A program made the translations under genes and the position numbers. From the NCBI GenBank assembly GCA_030390025.1, contig CM059433.1, positions 1,302,001 through 1,366,000 on the forward strand: a stretch of DNA of 64,000 nt. The letters are read 5' to 3'. Below, one piece after another: positions 50,648 to 61,235 of the stretch. The notes beneath the pieces were generated by a model. The model saw nothing but the letters and a program-made list of their open reading frames with translations, ran no database searches and was not told where the DNA came from. The stretch's first letter is position 1; each line of letters begins with the position of its first letter. This DNA is from Squalus acanthias (Eukaryota).

Positions 50648-52524
50648 CTACTTTTTGCCCTTCGAGGGTGATCTCCTTCCCTTGCGCACTTCCCCCCTTC
50701 TAACCCTACTGCTCCTCCGTAATGGGACCTCAGTGGCTGCAGCAAGGCTGGTGGAAGGCTGCTGCTCGTCAGACCCTGACACTGCAGATGCCCCTGAAGG
50801 ACGGCCTCGACCAGTTCTGGGCCTGGAGGGCCCGGCTGCAGACTGCACCAACTCTGCATGGGCGGCAGCAGTCTGTCCTACAGGCGGTGGCAAGTGCAGT
50901 GGAGAAGTGACAGTGTTGGCAGCAGGAATGCTGTCATCGTGAGAGAGGACAGCAACTCCCTGCTCGCCCGACACACTGGCACTCCCACGGGGCAGCACTT
51001 CAGCATCCGGAGCAATCTGCTGGAGAACAGATTGCTGGCCTGCTGCGGCGCGGTGACAGCCCCGGGGACATGTGCACGAACCATCGAGGTTGGCAGCAGT
51101 CTGTGCTCGCGTGGCCTCAATCTGAGTCTGTATGAGAGCAGTCAGAGATGGGATCACGGCAGCCAGTGACTGAATTGCAGCACTAAGCGTTAGTGTGGCA
51201 TCCGCCTGTGCTACAGCGAAGTGCTCCACACTCCTTGCCAGTGACTCAATGCATTCGGGCACCCTTCCCACTGCACCCATGAGCTCAGTGTGCATACCCA
51301 CCGCCTGGGTGTTCATTTCTGCGATCAGCCGCTCCTCCTCTGCGTCCATTGCAGTAGGAGTGTCTGGCATACTCTCCCTCTGGGGAGAAGGCCCCCGTTC
51401 TTCCCTACCCCCCCCATGGCGTTGCTGCAGCCCGCTGGGTCCTGGAGCTTCACCCTCATCAGACCCTTCCCCCCTGCTCCCCTCCAGGGAAGGCGTGTTC
51501 CCAGTGTGGGCATGGGCTTCCTCGGGAGAGGGTGGCACTGATGCTCCGGCTTCCTCTTCCTCCTCGGCTGCAGCATCACTCCCAGTGGCAGCTTCAGGGC
51601 CCGTCTCCTCAGCTGGTGAATCACCATCTGAAAGCAGGGAGGTACAAGAGTGGCTTTAGCGTGAGGACAGGGTGGCAGTAAGGGAGGAATAAGTGCAGCG
51701 AGTTAGCAAGTTGGATTGAAAGTGTCAAAGGCTGGTGTTGTGAGGGACAAGTGGAAGGACAGAGGACAAAAAGGTGATGACCTTACCATTGCTGTCCAGA
51801 ACGGGGTCGGCGTCTCCAGTGGCGACGGGACCGATCACCCGGCTTGCCACAATCCTGTGGACGCGCTCCTCAAGATCGCTGAGGGGTTGCAGCTGAGGCC
51901 GCCCTCCACCTGTCCGTTGCTGCTGTCTCCGATTATGCGCCAGCTTGGCCTGTAAGAAAAAGGACAGCATCTGAGTAAATATACAGCCATGGTCTTGCCT
52001 GATGTGCCTCCCATAGGTGAATAGCCCTTACTGTATACAGCCATGGTCTTGCCTGATGTGCCTCCCATAGGTGAATAGCCCTTACTGTATACAGCCATGG
52101 TCTTGCCTGATGTGCCTCCCATAGGTGAATAGCCCTTACTGTATGCAAAGTGTGGAATGTGTGTGTGTGTTTCATGAAAGGGCCATAGGTGTTGGATGAG
52201 TGTTGTGCATTGGGGTTTTAAGACCCTCTGGCCATAGAGTGAGGTTGAGATGGAGGGATGGAGAGGTATTGAGAAAAAGCCACTCACCCTGACGACCCGA
52301 GTGAGGTCGTTGAACTTTTTGCGGCATTGAGTATGGGTCCTGGGCACCATGCTCCTGGAGGAGACGCTCTGAGCCACCTCCCTCCACACTCTTCTGAACT
52401 CGCGTGGCAAAGGCCTCCTGCCACTCTCAGGGAAGAGCATACATCTTCTGCGCTCCACCGCGCCAACCAGAGCATCCAAGGCCCGCTCGGTGAAGCGATG
52501 AGCGCGTTCTCTCACCCTCTCCAT
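50648..52524 (-). CDS. Myb/SANT-like DNA-binding protein, 3 exons (52524-52288, 51949-51787, 51627-50648), 459 aa
   Basis: RFTERALDALV..WREVA..RTHTQCRKKFNDL; donors GTGAGT and GTAAGG, acceptors TTACAG and TTTCAG; 237+163+980 = 1380 nt, one open frame. Confidence 0.85.
51981..52144. repeat. 54-bp tandem triplication in Myb gene intron 1
   Basis: ATACAGCCATGG starts at 51981, 52035 and 52089; copies appear identical. Confidence 0.92.
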
Positions 52525-53103
52525 CCTTGGCAGCAAAATGGATTCACAGGTCTCTCCAGGCTGAGATTCAAGGCTGCAATGAGCAGGGTGTGGCTGGGGA
52601 GCAAGTTGGCCCCCCCCGCTTTAAGAAGTGGCCGGCGCCAGTGTGTCTGTGTTCCCTCGCTAACTGGCAGCAGCTGTGCTGCGCTGGCGTGCTGAGTTAG
52701 CACCTCACTGCTCGGCCTTTGTGCCTTAAGACAGGTGTGCAGCGCCTGATTTAGCGCTCCACTCACCTCCCGGGGCGGTAAAAGTGAAGTTTCCAGTCAG
52801 TGCCGATAATTAGCGCCAGGCGCTAATATTTGCGTCCAGACGATATTTGCGCCCCAAATGGGGCGCGACCTAATTTTTACCCCAGAGAGAGAGCCCGAGA
52901 GTAAAAATTGAAAGGAGAGAGAGAGAGAGAGAGCCCGAGAGTAAAAATCGACCGGATAGAGAGAGAGAGAGAGAGCGAGAGAAAAAATCAACAGGAGAGA
53001 GTGAGAGAGAGACAGAGAGTAAAAACCGACACAAGAGAGAGAGAGAGCCCGAGAGTAAAAATCGACGGGAGAGAGAGAGAGCCCAAGAGTAAAAATCGAC
53101 GGG

Positions 53104-54751
53104 TGTAAGGGGTGAGACCTGTGGCTCTGTGCTTAGCCTGGGTGCTAGTGCGAGGTTAGGCCTTGTTGCCTGTTCTGGTCTCCAGCCAGCCTGGTAACAC
53201 TAGACACCTGTGAGTGGTTCGACCCACTCGCCCTTACGGTTCTGACACTGGACTTAGGTGCAAGAGCAATAATGCAGAGAAAACTCAGGTAGACCCGGTT
53301 GAATAGTGCGAAATGGAAAATCTTTATTGCATATTATTCAAGATTACGAAATACATGTCATAAGCACAGATTAATGACAGTACAATCTTACACGCAGTTA
53401 TATAACTAATTTTAGGGAAACGAGGAGCGCATGACACATCGAAAAAGGGGGCACACATTACAATTATCCTTAAAACTTAAACCCTCCCCTATCAATACCT
53501 GTCCTAAACTAGATTTGTAGGATCGAGACTCATGCTCACCACTCGTGATAACTCGGAGAATTCCGAAACTCTGCTCGAATGTTTTTCCCGCAGCACCTGA
53601 CCACCCACGTGTTGATCAGGGGTCTCTGTACCCCACTTGTTTACTCGCTTCTGCTCCGGCTAGCAGGCTGGACCGTCTGCTGTCATGAAGATCTGTGTTG
53701 TCCTCGGAATTCCGACACTACTCAAAAAAGAGTCTTCCTGTGCCCTTACACCGATGCGATAAAATTCGAAGAATGGTCTTCCTGGGCAAGGAAAAGTGTT
53801 TATTCGACTTACAGGCGCGGTCGGGGCTTACTGACCGTGGCGATACGTATTGTCGTCTTCTGCTCTTCTCATCTCATCTCATCTCATCTCGGGCCTTCGG
53901 TTCCAACACCGTTTACCGACTTCTCGGGATGGTGTGCCCGTTTCAAGGCCTCACAGCCCAGTTCTACACAGATCTTCGCGGCAAGCCACGAGGTTGATCC
54001 TGGCGGATCAGAAAGTTCAATAGTCTTCCAGCAAGTCGAGCAGCAAGAGGCAGAGACAGCAGTCAAGAGTCAAGAGGCAGAGTCAAGAGGCAGGAGGCAA
54101 GAGTCAAGAGCAAGAGACAGATGGACGGTTGTACCTTACAGTTATAGTGCTGTAATTCTTCTTTTTTCCCGCCCAATCTTAATGTTTTTCTTTTGTCAGG
54201 GTTTTGGCGCTCAAACTTCTTGTATAGGGTGATCTCCGTTTTAATGGGTTTCGGTGATACTTGTAACTGCCTGAGTACCCGTTAATACTTCTCCCATTGT
54301 GGAACCGGTCAGTATTCTCCCTGGAGGGGTTTTGGGGCTTCCAAATGTTTTCTGTAACTACCCGCAAACGGCTCTCTCATCGTAGAGTCGTGGGGATTTT
54401 GCATATTAATGTCTTTGGATGGGTTCTTGATCGCTCGGTACAATAGCCCTTATTCGCACCTGGGAGACCGATTCCAGTATTTATGTGTAAAATGCAAACC
54501 CATTATGTCTTGTGAATTATCTCAAATGTGCTGAGTCGTGTCCGATCTCGCACAAATGTTTATTGGAACGCCATCTTGTCTGCTCATTGAAAAGTCTAGA
54601 ACGTTCTGCCACGAGGCGTGGCGGCCATTTTACAGGCTGTTTGTGTCCACTTTGAAAACCTGACAGCATTCTGCTGAAATAAAGCTGTTTGTACGAAACT
54701 TTATGTCTCCCTCTTATTTTATAAAATCGTGATAATTTTGCGAATTCTACA
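53104..54751 (-). mobile_element. Solo LTR, 1648 bp (ERV or Gypsy-type)
   Basis: TGTA...TACA termini, 4-bp TSD CGGG (53100-53103, 54752-54755) restoring a satellite unit. Orientation is tentative (minus-strand CTATAA at 54147-54142, AATAAA at 53328-53323). Confidence 0.8.
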
Positions 54752-57700
54752 CGGGAGAGAGAGAGAGAGAGAGAGAGCCTGAGAGTAAAAATCGATGGGA
54801 GAGAGAGAGAAAGAGCCCGAGAGTAAAAATCGACTGGAGAGAGAGAGAGAGAGAGAGCCCGAGAGTAAAAATTGAAAGGAGAGAGAGAGAGAGAGCACGA
54901 GAGTAAAAATTGAAAGGAGAGAGAGAGAGAGAGCCCGAGAGTAAAAATCGACCGGATAGAGAAAGAGAGAGACCGAGAGAAAAAATCAACAGGAGAGAGT
55001 GAGAGAGAGACAGAGAGTAAAAACCGACACGAGAGAGAGAGAGAGCCCGAGAGTAAAAATCCTCAGGAGAAAGAGAGAGAGAGCCCGAGAGTAAAAATCG
55101 ACGGGAGAGAGAGAGAGAGAGAGAGCCTGAGAGTAAAAATCGACGGGAGAGAGAGAGAGAGAGAGCCCGAGAGTAAAAATCAACAGGAGAGAGAGAGAGA
55201 GAGCCTGAGAGTAAAAATTGACTAGAGAGAGAGAGTGAGCCCGAGAGTAAAAATCGATGGGAGAGAGAGAGAGAGCCCGAGAGTAAAAATCGACTGGAGA
55301 GAGAGAGAGAGCCCGAGAGTAAAAATCGACAGGAGAGAGTGAGAGAGAGACAGAGAGTAAAAACCGACACGAGAGAGAGAGAGAGCCCGAGAGTAAAAAT
55401 CCTCAGGAGAAAGAGAGAGAGAGCCCGAGAGTAAAAATCGACGGGAGAGAGAGAGAGAGAGAGAGCCTGAGAGTAAAAATCGACGGGAGAGAGAGCGAGA
55501 GAGAGCCCGAGAGTAAAAATCAACAGGAGAGAGAGAGAGAGAGCCTGAGAGTAAAAATTGACTAGAGAGAGAGAGTGAGCCCGAGAGTAAAAATCGATGG
55601 GAGAGAGAGAGAGAGCCTGAGAGTAAAAATCGACTGGAGAGAGAGAGAGAGCCCGAGAGTAAAAATCGGCAGGAAAGAGAGAGCGAGAGTGCCCGAGAGT
55701 AAAAATCAGTGGGAGAGAGAGAGAGAGCCCGAGAGTAAAAAACCGCAGGAGGGAGAGAGAGAGAGCCCGAGAGTAAAAATCAACGGGAGAGAGAGAGAGA
55801 GCCCGAGAGTAAAAAGCGACGGGAGAGAGAGAGAGAGCCTGAGAGTAAAAATCGACGGGAAAGAGAGAGAGAGAGAGAGCCCCAGAGTAAAAATCAACGG
55901 GAAAGAGAGAGAGAGAGAGAGCCTGAGAGTAAAAATCAACGGGAAAGAGAGAGAGAGAGAGAGCCTGAGAGTAAAAATCAGCGGGAGAGAGAGAGAGAGA
56001 GCCCGAGAGTAAAAATCGACGGGAAAGAGAGGGAGAGAGCCCGAGAGTAAAAATCGACGAGAGAGAGAGAGAGAGAGCCTGAGAGTAAAAATCGACAGGA
56101 GAGAGAGAGAGAGCCCGAGAGTAAAAATCAACAGGAGAGAGAGAGAGAGAGCCCGAGAGTAAAAATCGACGGGAGAGAGAGAGCCCGAGAGTAAAAATCA
56201 ACAGGAGAGAGAGAGAGAGAGGCTGAGAGTAAAAATCGATGGGAGAGAGAGAGAGAGAGCCCGAGAGTAAAAATCGACTGGAGAGAGAGAGAGAGAGCCC
56301 GAGAGTAAAAATTGAAAGGAGAGAGAGAGAGAGCCCGAGAGTAAAAATTGAAAGGAGAGAGAGAGAGAGAGAGGGAGTAAAAATCGACAGGAGAGAGAGA
56401 GAGAGAGAGCCTGAGAGTAAAAATCAACAGGAGAGAGTGAGAGAGAGACAGAGAGTAAAACCCGACAGGAGAGAGAGAGAGAGCCCGAGAGTAAAAATCA
56501 ACGGGAGAGAGAGAGAGAGAGTGCGAGTAAAAATCGACAGGAGAGAGAGAGAGAGAGCCCGAGAGTAAAAATCAACGGGAGAGAGAGAGAGAGAGACCGA
56601 GAGTAAAAATCAACAGGAGAGAGAGAGAGAGAGACCGAGAGTAAAAATCAACAGGAGAGAGAGAGAGAGCCCGAGAGTAAAAATCAACAGGAGAGAGAGA
56701 GAGCCCGAGAGTAAAAATCAACAGGAGAGAGAGAGAGCCCGAAAGTAAAAATCGACAGGAGAGAGAGAGAGAACCCAAGAGTAAAAATCAACGGGAGAGA
56801 GAGAGAGAGAGCCCGAGAGTCAAAATCAACAGGAGAGAGAGAGAGAGCCCGAGAGTAAAAATCAACAGGAGAGAGAGAGAGAGAGAGCCCGAGAGTAAAA
56901 ATCAACAAGAGAGAGAGAGAGAGAGAGAGCCCGAGAGTAAAAATCAACGGGAGAGAGAGAGACAGAGCCCGAGAGCAAAAATCAACAGGAGAGAGAGAGA
57001 GAGAGAGAGCCCGAGAGTAAAAATCAACAGGAGAGAGAGAGAGAGAGAGCCCGAGAGTAAAAATTAACGGGAGAGAGAGAGCCCGAGAGTAAAAATCAAC
57101 AGGAGAGAGAGAGAGAGAGCCCGAGAGTAAAAATCAACAGGAAAGAGAGAGAGAGAGAGAGCCCGAGAGTAAAAATCAACGGGAGAGAGAAAGAGACTGC
57201 CCGAGAGTAAAAATCAACAGGAGAGAGAGAGAGAAAGCCCGAGAGTAAAAATCGACTGGAGAGAGAGAGAGAGAGAGAGCCTGAGAGTAAAAATCGACGG
57301 GAGAGAGAGAGAGAGCCCGAGAGTAAAAATCGACGGGAGAGAGAGAGAGAGCCCGAGAGTAAAAATCGACGGGAGAGAGAGCCCGAGAGTAAAAATCGAT
57401 TGGAGAGAGAGAGAGAGAGAGCCCGAGAGTAAAAATCGACGGGAGAGAGAGAGAGAGAGCCCGAGAGTAAAAATCGATGGGAGAGAGAGAGAGAGAGAGC
57501 CCGAGAGTAAAAATCGACGGGAGAGAGAGAGAGAGAGCCCGAGAGTAAAAATCGATGGGAGAGAGAGAGAGAGAGACCAAGAGTAAAAATCAACAGGAGA
57601 GAGAGAGAGAGAGAGCATGAGAGTTCAAATCAACAGAAGAGAGAGAGAGAGAGAGCCCGAGAGTAAAAATCAACTGGAAAGAGAGAGAGAGAGAGCCCGA

Positions 57701-58176
57701 GAGTGAAAATTGACAGGAGAGAGAGAGAGAGAGCCCGAGAGTAAAAATCGACAGCAGAGAGTGAGAGAGCCCGAGTGTAAAAATCCTCGGGAGAAAGAGA
57801 GAGAGAGCCCGAGAGTAAAAATCAACAGGAAAGAGAGAGAGAGAGCCCGAGAGTAAAAATCGACAGGAGAGAGAGAGAGCGCCCGAGAGTAAAAATCCTC
57901 GCTAGAAAGAGAGAGAGAGCCCGAGAGTAAAAATCGACGGGAGAGAGAGAAAGAGAACCTGAGAGTAAAAATCGACGGGAGAGAGAGAGAGTCCGAGAGT
58001 AAAAATCAACGGGAGAGAGAGAGAGAGCCCGAGAGTAAAAATCAATGGGAGAGAGAGAGAGGGCCCGAGAGTAAAAATCAATGGGAGAGAGAGAGAGAGT
58101 CCGAGAGTAAAAATCAATGGGAGAGAGAGAGAGAGCCCGAGAGTAAAAATCGACGGGAGAGAGAGAGAGAGAGAGC

Positions 58177-59211
58177 ATCAGGGAGAGAGATTAAAAAAAC
58201 ACCTGAAGTGAGGTCACCACAAGGGAAGGAGCTGATTGGTGAATAGCTGGTGATTTTTTTTTTGTCTAGACCAAGGTCAATTCTTGGTTTATTTCTGGTA
58301 AGTAGTCTAAAAAATCTAGGCATGGCAGGGCACTTCAGTCCCATCAAATGCACATCCTGTGCCACGTGGGAACTTCAGGATGCTTCTCGTGTCCTGGACA
58401 ACCACGTGTGCTGAAAGTGTCGTCAGCTGGAGGAGCTCGAACACCGGGTTTCGGTGATTAGGCAGCAGCTGGTGTCACTGCGGTGGATCCACCAGGCTGA
58501 GAGCTACGTGGATAGCACGTTTCAGGAGGTGGTCATCCCGCAGATTAAGATTGTGCAGGCAGAGAGGGAATGGGTAACCATCAGACAGACAAGGAGGACC
58601 AGGCAGGTAGGGCAGGAGTCCCCTGAGTGCATCTCACTCTCTATCCGGTACTCTGAGTACTGGTGAGGGCGATGGTTCCACTGGGGAATACAGCCAGAGC
58701 CAAGTCCATGGCACCACGGGTGGCTCAGCTGTGCTGGGGGGAGGAGGAAGGTCAGGAAATCAATAGCCATCGGGGATTCGATAGTTAGGAGAACAGACAG
58801 GAGTTTCTGTAGCCGCAGATGTGACTCCAGGATGGTATGTTGTCTCCCTGGTGCCAGGGTCTTGGATGTCACTGAACGGCTGCAGAACATTCTGGGGTGG
58901 GGGGAGGGAGAACAGCCAGAGGTCGTGGTCCATATCGGTATCAACAAAATAGGCAGAAAGAGGGATGAGGTCCTACAGGCAGATTTTAGGGAGCTAGGAA
59001 AGAGATTGATAAACATAACCTCAATGTTAGCAATCTCCGGATTACTCCCGGTGCCATGCGCTAGTGAGTACCGAAATAGGAGGATAGAGCAGATGAATGC
59101 GTGGCTGGAGAGATGTTGGAGGAAGGAGGGCTTTAGATTCCTGGGGCATTGAGACAGGTTCTCCGGAGATGGGAACTGTACAAGCCGGAAAGGTTACACT
59201 CAACTGTGCCG
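58177..59211 (+). pseudogene. Older CR1 5' UTR and decayed ORF1
   Basis: ATG 58322 MAG..CTSCATWE; IGDSIVR, MVCCLPGARV, HIGIN motifs with stops and frameshifts. Confidence 0.85.
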
Positions 59212-61235
59212 GAGAGGAAAGGGAGGTTGGAGATGGGGCAATAGTTTGCAAGGACGGAGGGATCAAGGTTTGGGGAAAATGCTAGAGTCCATTATAAAGG
59301 ATGTAATAGCTGAGCATTTGAAAAACAGTGACAGGATCGGACAAAGTCAACATGGATTTACAAAAGGTAAATCGTGCTTGACTAATCTACTGGAATTTTT
59401 TGAGGATGTAACTGGGAAAATAGATAAGGGAGAACCAGTAGATGTGGTGTATTTGGACTTTCAAAAGGCTTTCGATAAGGTCCCGCATAAGAGATTAGCG
59501 GGTAAAGTTAAGGCACATGGGATTGGGGGCAAGGTATTGACTTGGATAGAGAACTGGTTGGCGGACAGAAAGCAGAGAGTAGGAATTAATGGGTCTTTTT
59601 CCGAGTGGCAAGCAGTGACTAATGGGGTACCGCAGGGATCGGTCCTTGGGCCCCAGCTATTCACAATATACATTAATGATCTAGATAAGGGAATTAAATG
59701 TAATATCTCCAAGTTTGCAGATGACACAAAGCTGAGTGGGAGTGTGTGCAGCGAGGAGGATAGCGAGAAACTCCAGGATGATCTGGACTGGTTGGGTGAG
59801 TGGGCAGAAGCGTGGCAGATGCAATATAACGTGGATAAGTGCGAGGTTATCCACTTTGGTGTCAAAAACAGAAAGGCAGACTATTATCTGAATGGCAATA
59901 GATTGGGAGAAGGGGAAGTGCAACGAGACCTGGGTGTCCTTGTGCACCAGTCGCTGAAAGTAAGCATGCAGGTGCAGCAGGCGGTGAAGAAGGCAAATGG
60001 TATGTTGGCCTTCATAGCGAAAGGGTTTGAGTATAGGAACAGGGATGTCCTGCTGCAGTTGTACAGGGCCTTGGTGAGACCACACCTTGAGTACTGTGTG
60101 CAGTTTTGGTCGCCTTATCTGAGGAAGGATGTTCTTGCCATGGAAGGAGTTCAGCGAAGATTCACAAGGCTGATACCTGGGATGGCAGGAATGACATATG
60201 AGGAGAGATTGGGTCGATTGGGCTTATACTCACTGGAGTATAGAAGAATGAGAGGGGATCTCATCGAAACATATAAAATTCTGACAGGTCTGGACAAACT
60301 AGATGCAGGAAGAATGTTCCCGATGGTCAGAGAGTCCAGAACCAGGGGTCATAATCTACGGATAACAGGTAAACCATTTAGGACAGAAATGAGGACGAAT
60401 TTCTTCACCCAGAGAGTGGTGAACCTGTGGAATTCTCTACCACAGAAGGTAGTTGAGGCCAAGTCATTAAATATATTCAAGGATGAGTTAGATATATTTC
60501 TTAAAGCTAAAGGTATCAAGGGATATGGGGAGAAGGCAGGTACAGGGTACTGAGTTTAGATGATCAGCCATGATCTCATCGAATGGCGGAGCAGGCTCGA
60601 GGGGCCGAATGGCCTACTCCTGCTCCTATCTTCTATGTTTCTATATGTTTCTATGTTTTTTGAGGAGAGGGGTGATGACGGCAGATTTGAGGGAGAGGGG
60701 GACAGTACCTGAGGAGAGAGAACCGTTAACAATGTCAGCTAACATGGGAGCCAGAAAAGGAAGTTGGGTGGTCAGCAGTTTGGTGGGAATAGGGTCGAGG
60801 GAGCAGGAGATGGGTCTCATAGGCAGGATGAGCGCAGAGAGATCATGAGGGGAGATTGGAGAGAAACTCGAGAAAGATGTGAGTTCAGGGCTAGGGCAGG
60901 GGGACACCTTAGAGGAAGTTTGGCCCAGTGGGCTAGGGGAAGGAAGGGAAGTGGCAGAGGCAGCTGAACGGATGGTCCCAATCTTTGAGACAAAGAAGTC
61001 CATGAGCTCCTCACACTTGTTATCGGAGGTGAGGGTGGAGGAGACAGGGGAGAGGGGTTTAAGAAGACGGTTAGCAGTAGAGAATAGGAGCCGGGGTTTA
61101 TCTTTGCATTCCAGAATGATTCTGGAATAGTGAGCAATTTTGGCAGACAGGAGCCCGATAATGCTTTATGTGGTCCAGCCAGATCTGGCGGTGAATGGCT
61201 AAATCAGTTGTCCGCCATATCCGTTCGAGTCTGCG
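59212..61235 (-). mobile_element. L2 ORF2 fragment split by a younger CR1
   Basis: MDFFVSKI..SCSLDPIPTKLL..AVITPLLKK continues across the CR1 into 59270-59212; similar to 14360-14630. Confidence 0.8.
59271..60658 (+). mobile_element. 5'-truncated young CR1 with open RT frame
   Basis: GKMLESIIKD..FADD..GEKAGTGY nearly identical to ORF2 of 15027-19531; (TTCTATGT)n tail. Confidence 0.95.

Larger units (their letters stand above)
48681..52883 (+). mobile_element. Autonomous PIF/Harbinger DNA transposon, 4203 bp
   Basis: Perfect 12-bp TIRs GGGGTAAAAATT / AATTTTTACCCC, AGA on both flanks, two convergent genes. Confidence 0.95.
28583..58176. repeat. Large purine-rich satellite, unit (GA)n-GCCCGAGAGTAAAAATCRAC-RGG of about 35-45 bp
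   Basis: Hundreds of head-to-tail units with variable GA-run length; dense array from about 28730; interrupted by three TE insertions and a gap. Confidence 0.97.

Noticed and set aside
53579..54232. 217-aa ORF in the LTR as a viral accessory gene
   Set aside because: No recognisable motifs, runs through simple repeats and is antisense to the inferred LTR direction.
28730..58176. CRISPR-like repeat-spacer appearance
   Set aside because: Spacers are only (GA)n, there are no cas genes, and the context is eukaryotic.
28644..58178. Many ORFs rich in LSLS / RERE
   Set aside because: Translations of the GA-rich satellite; frames shift with GA-run length.
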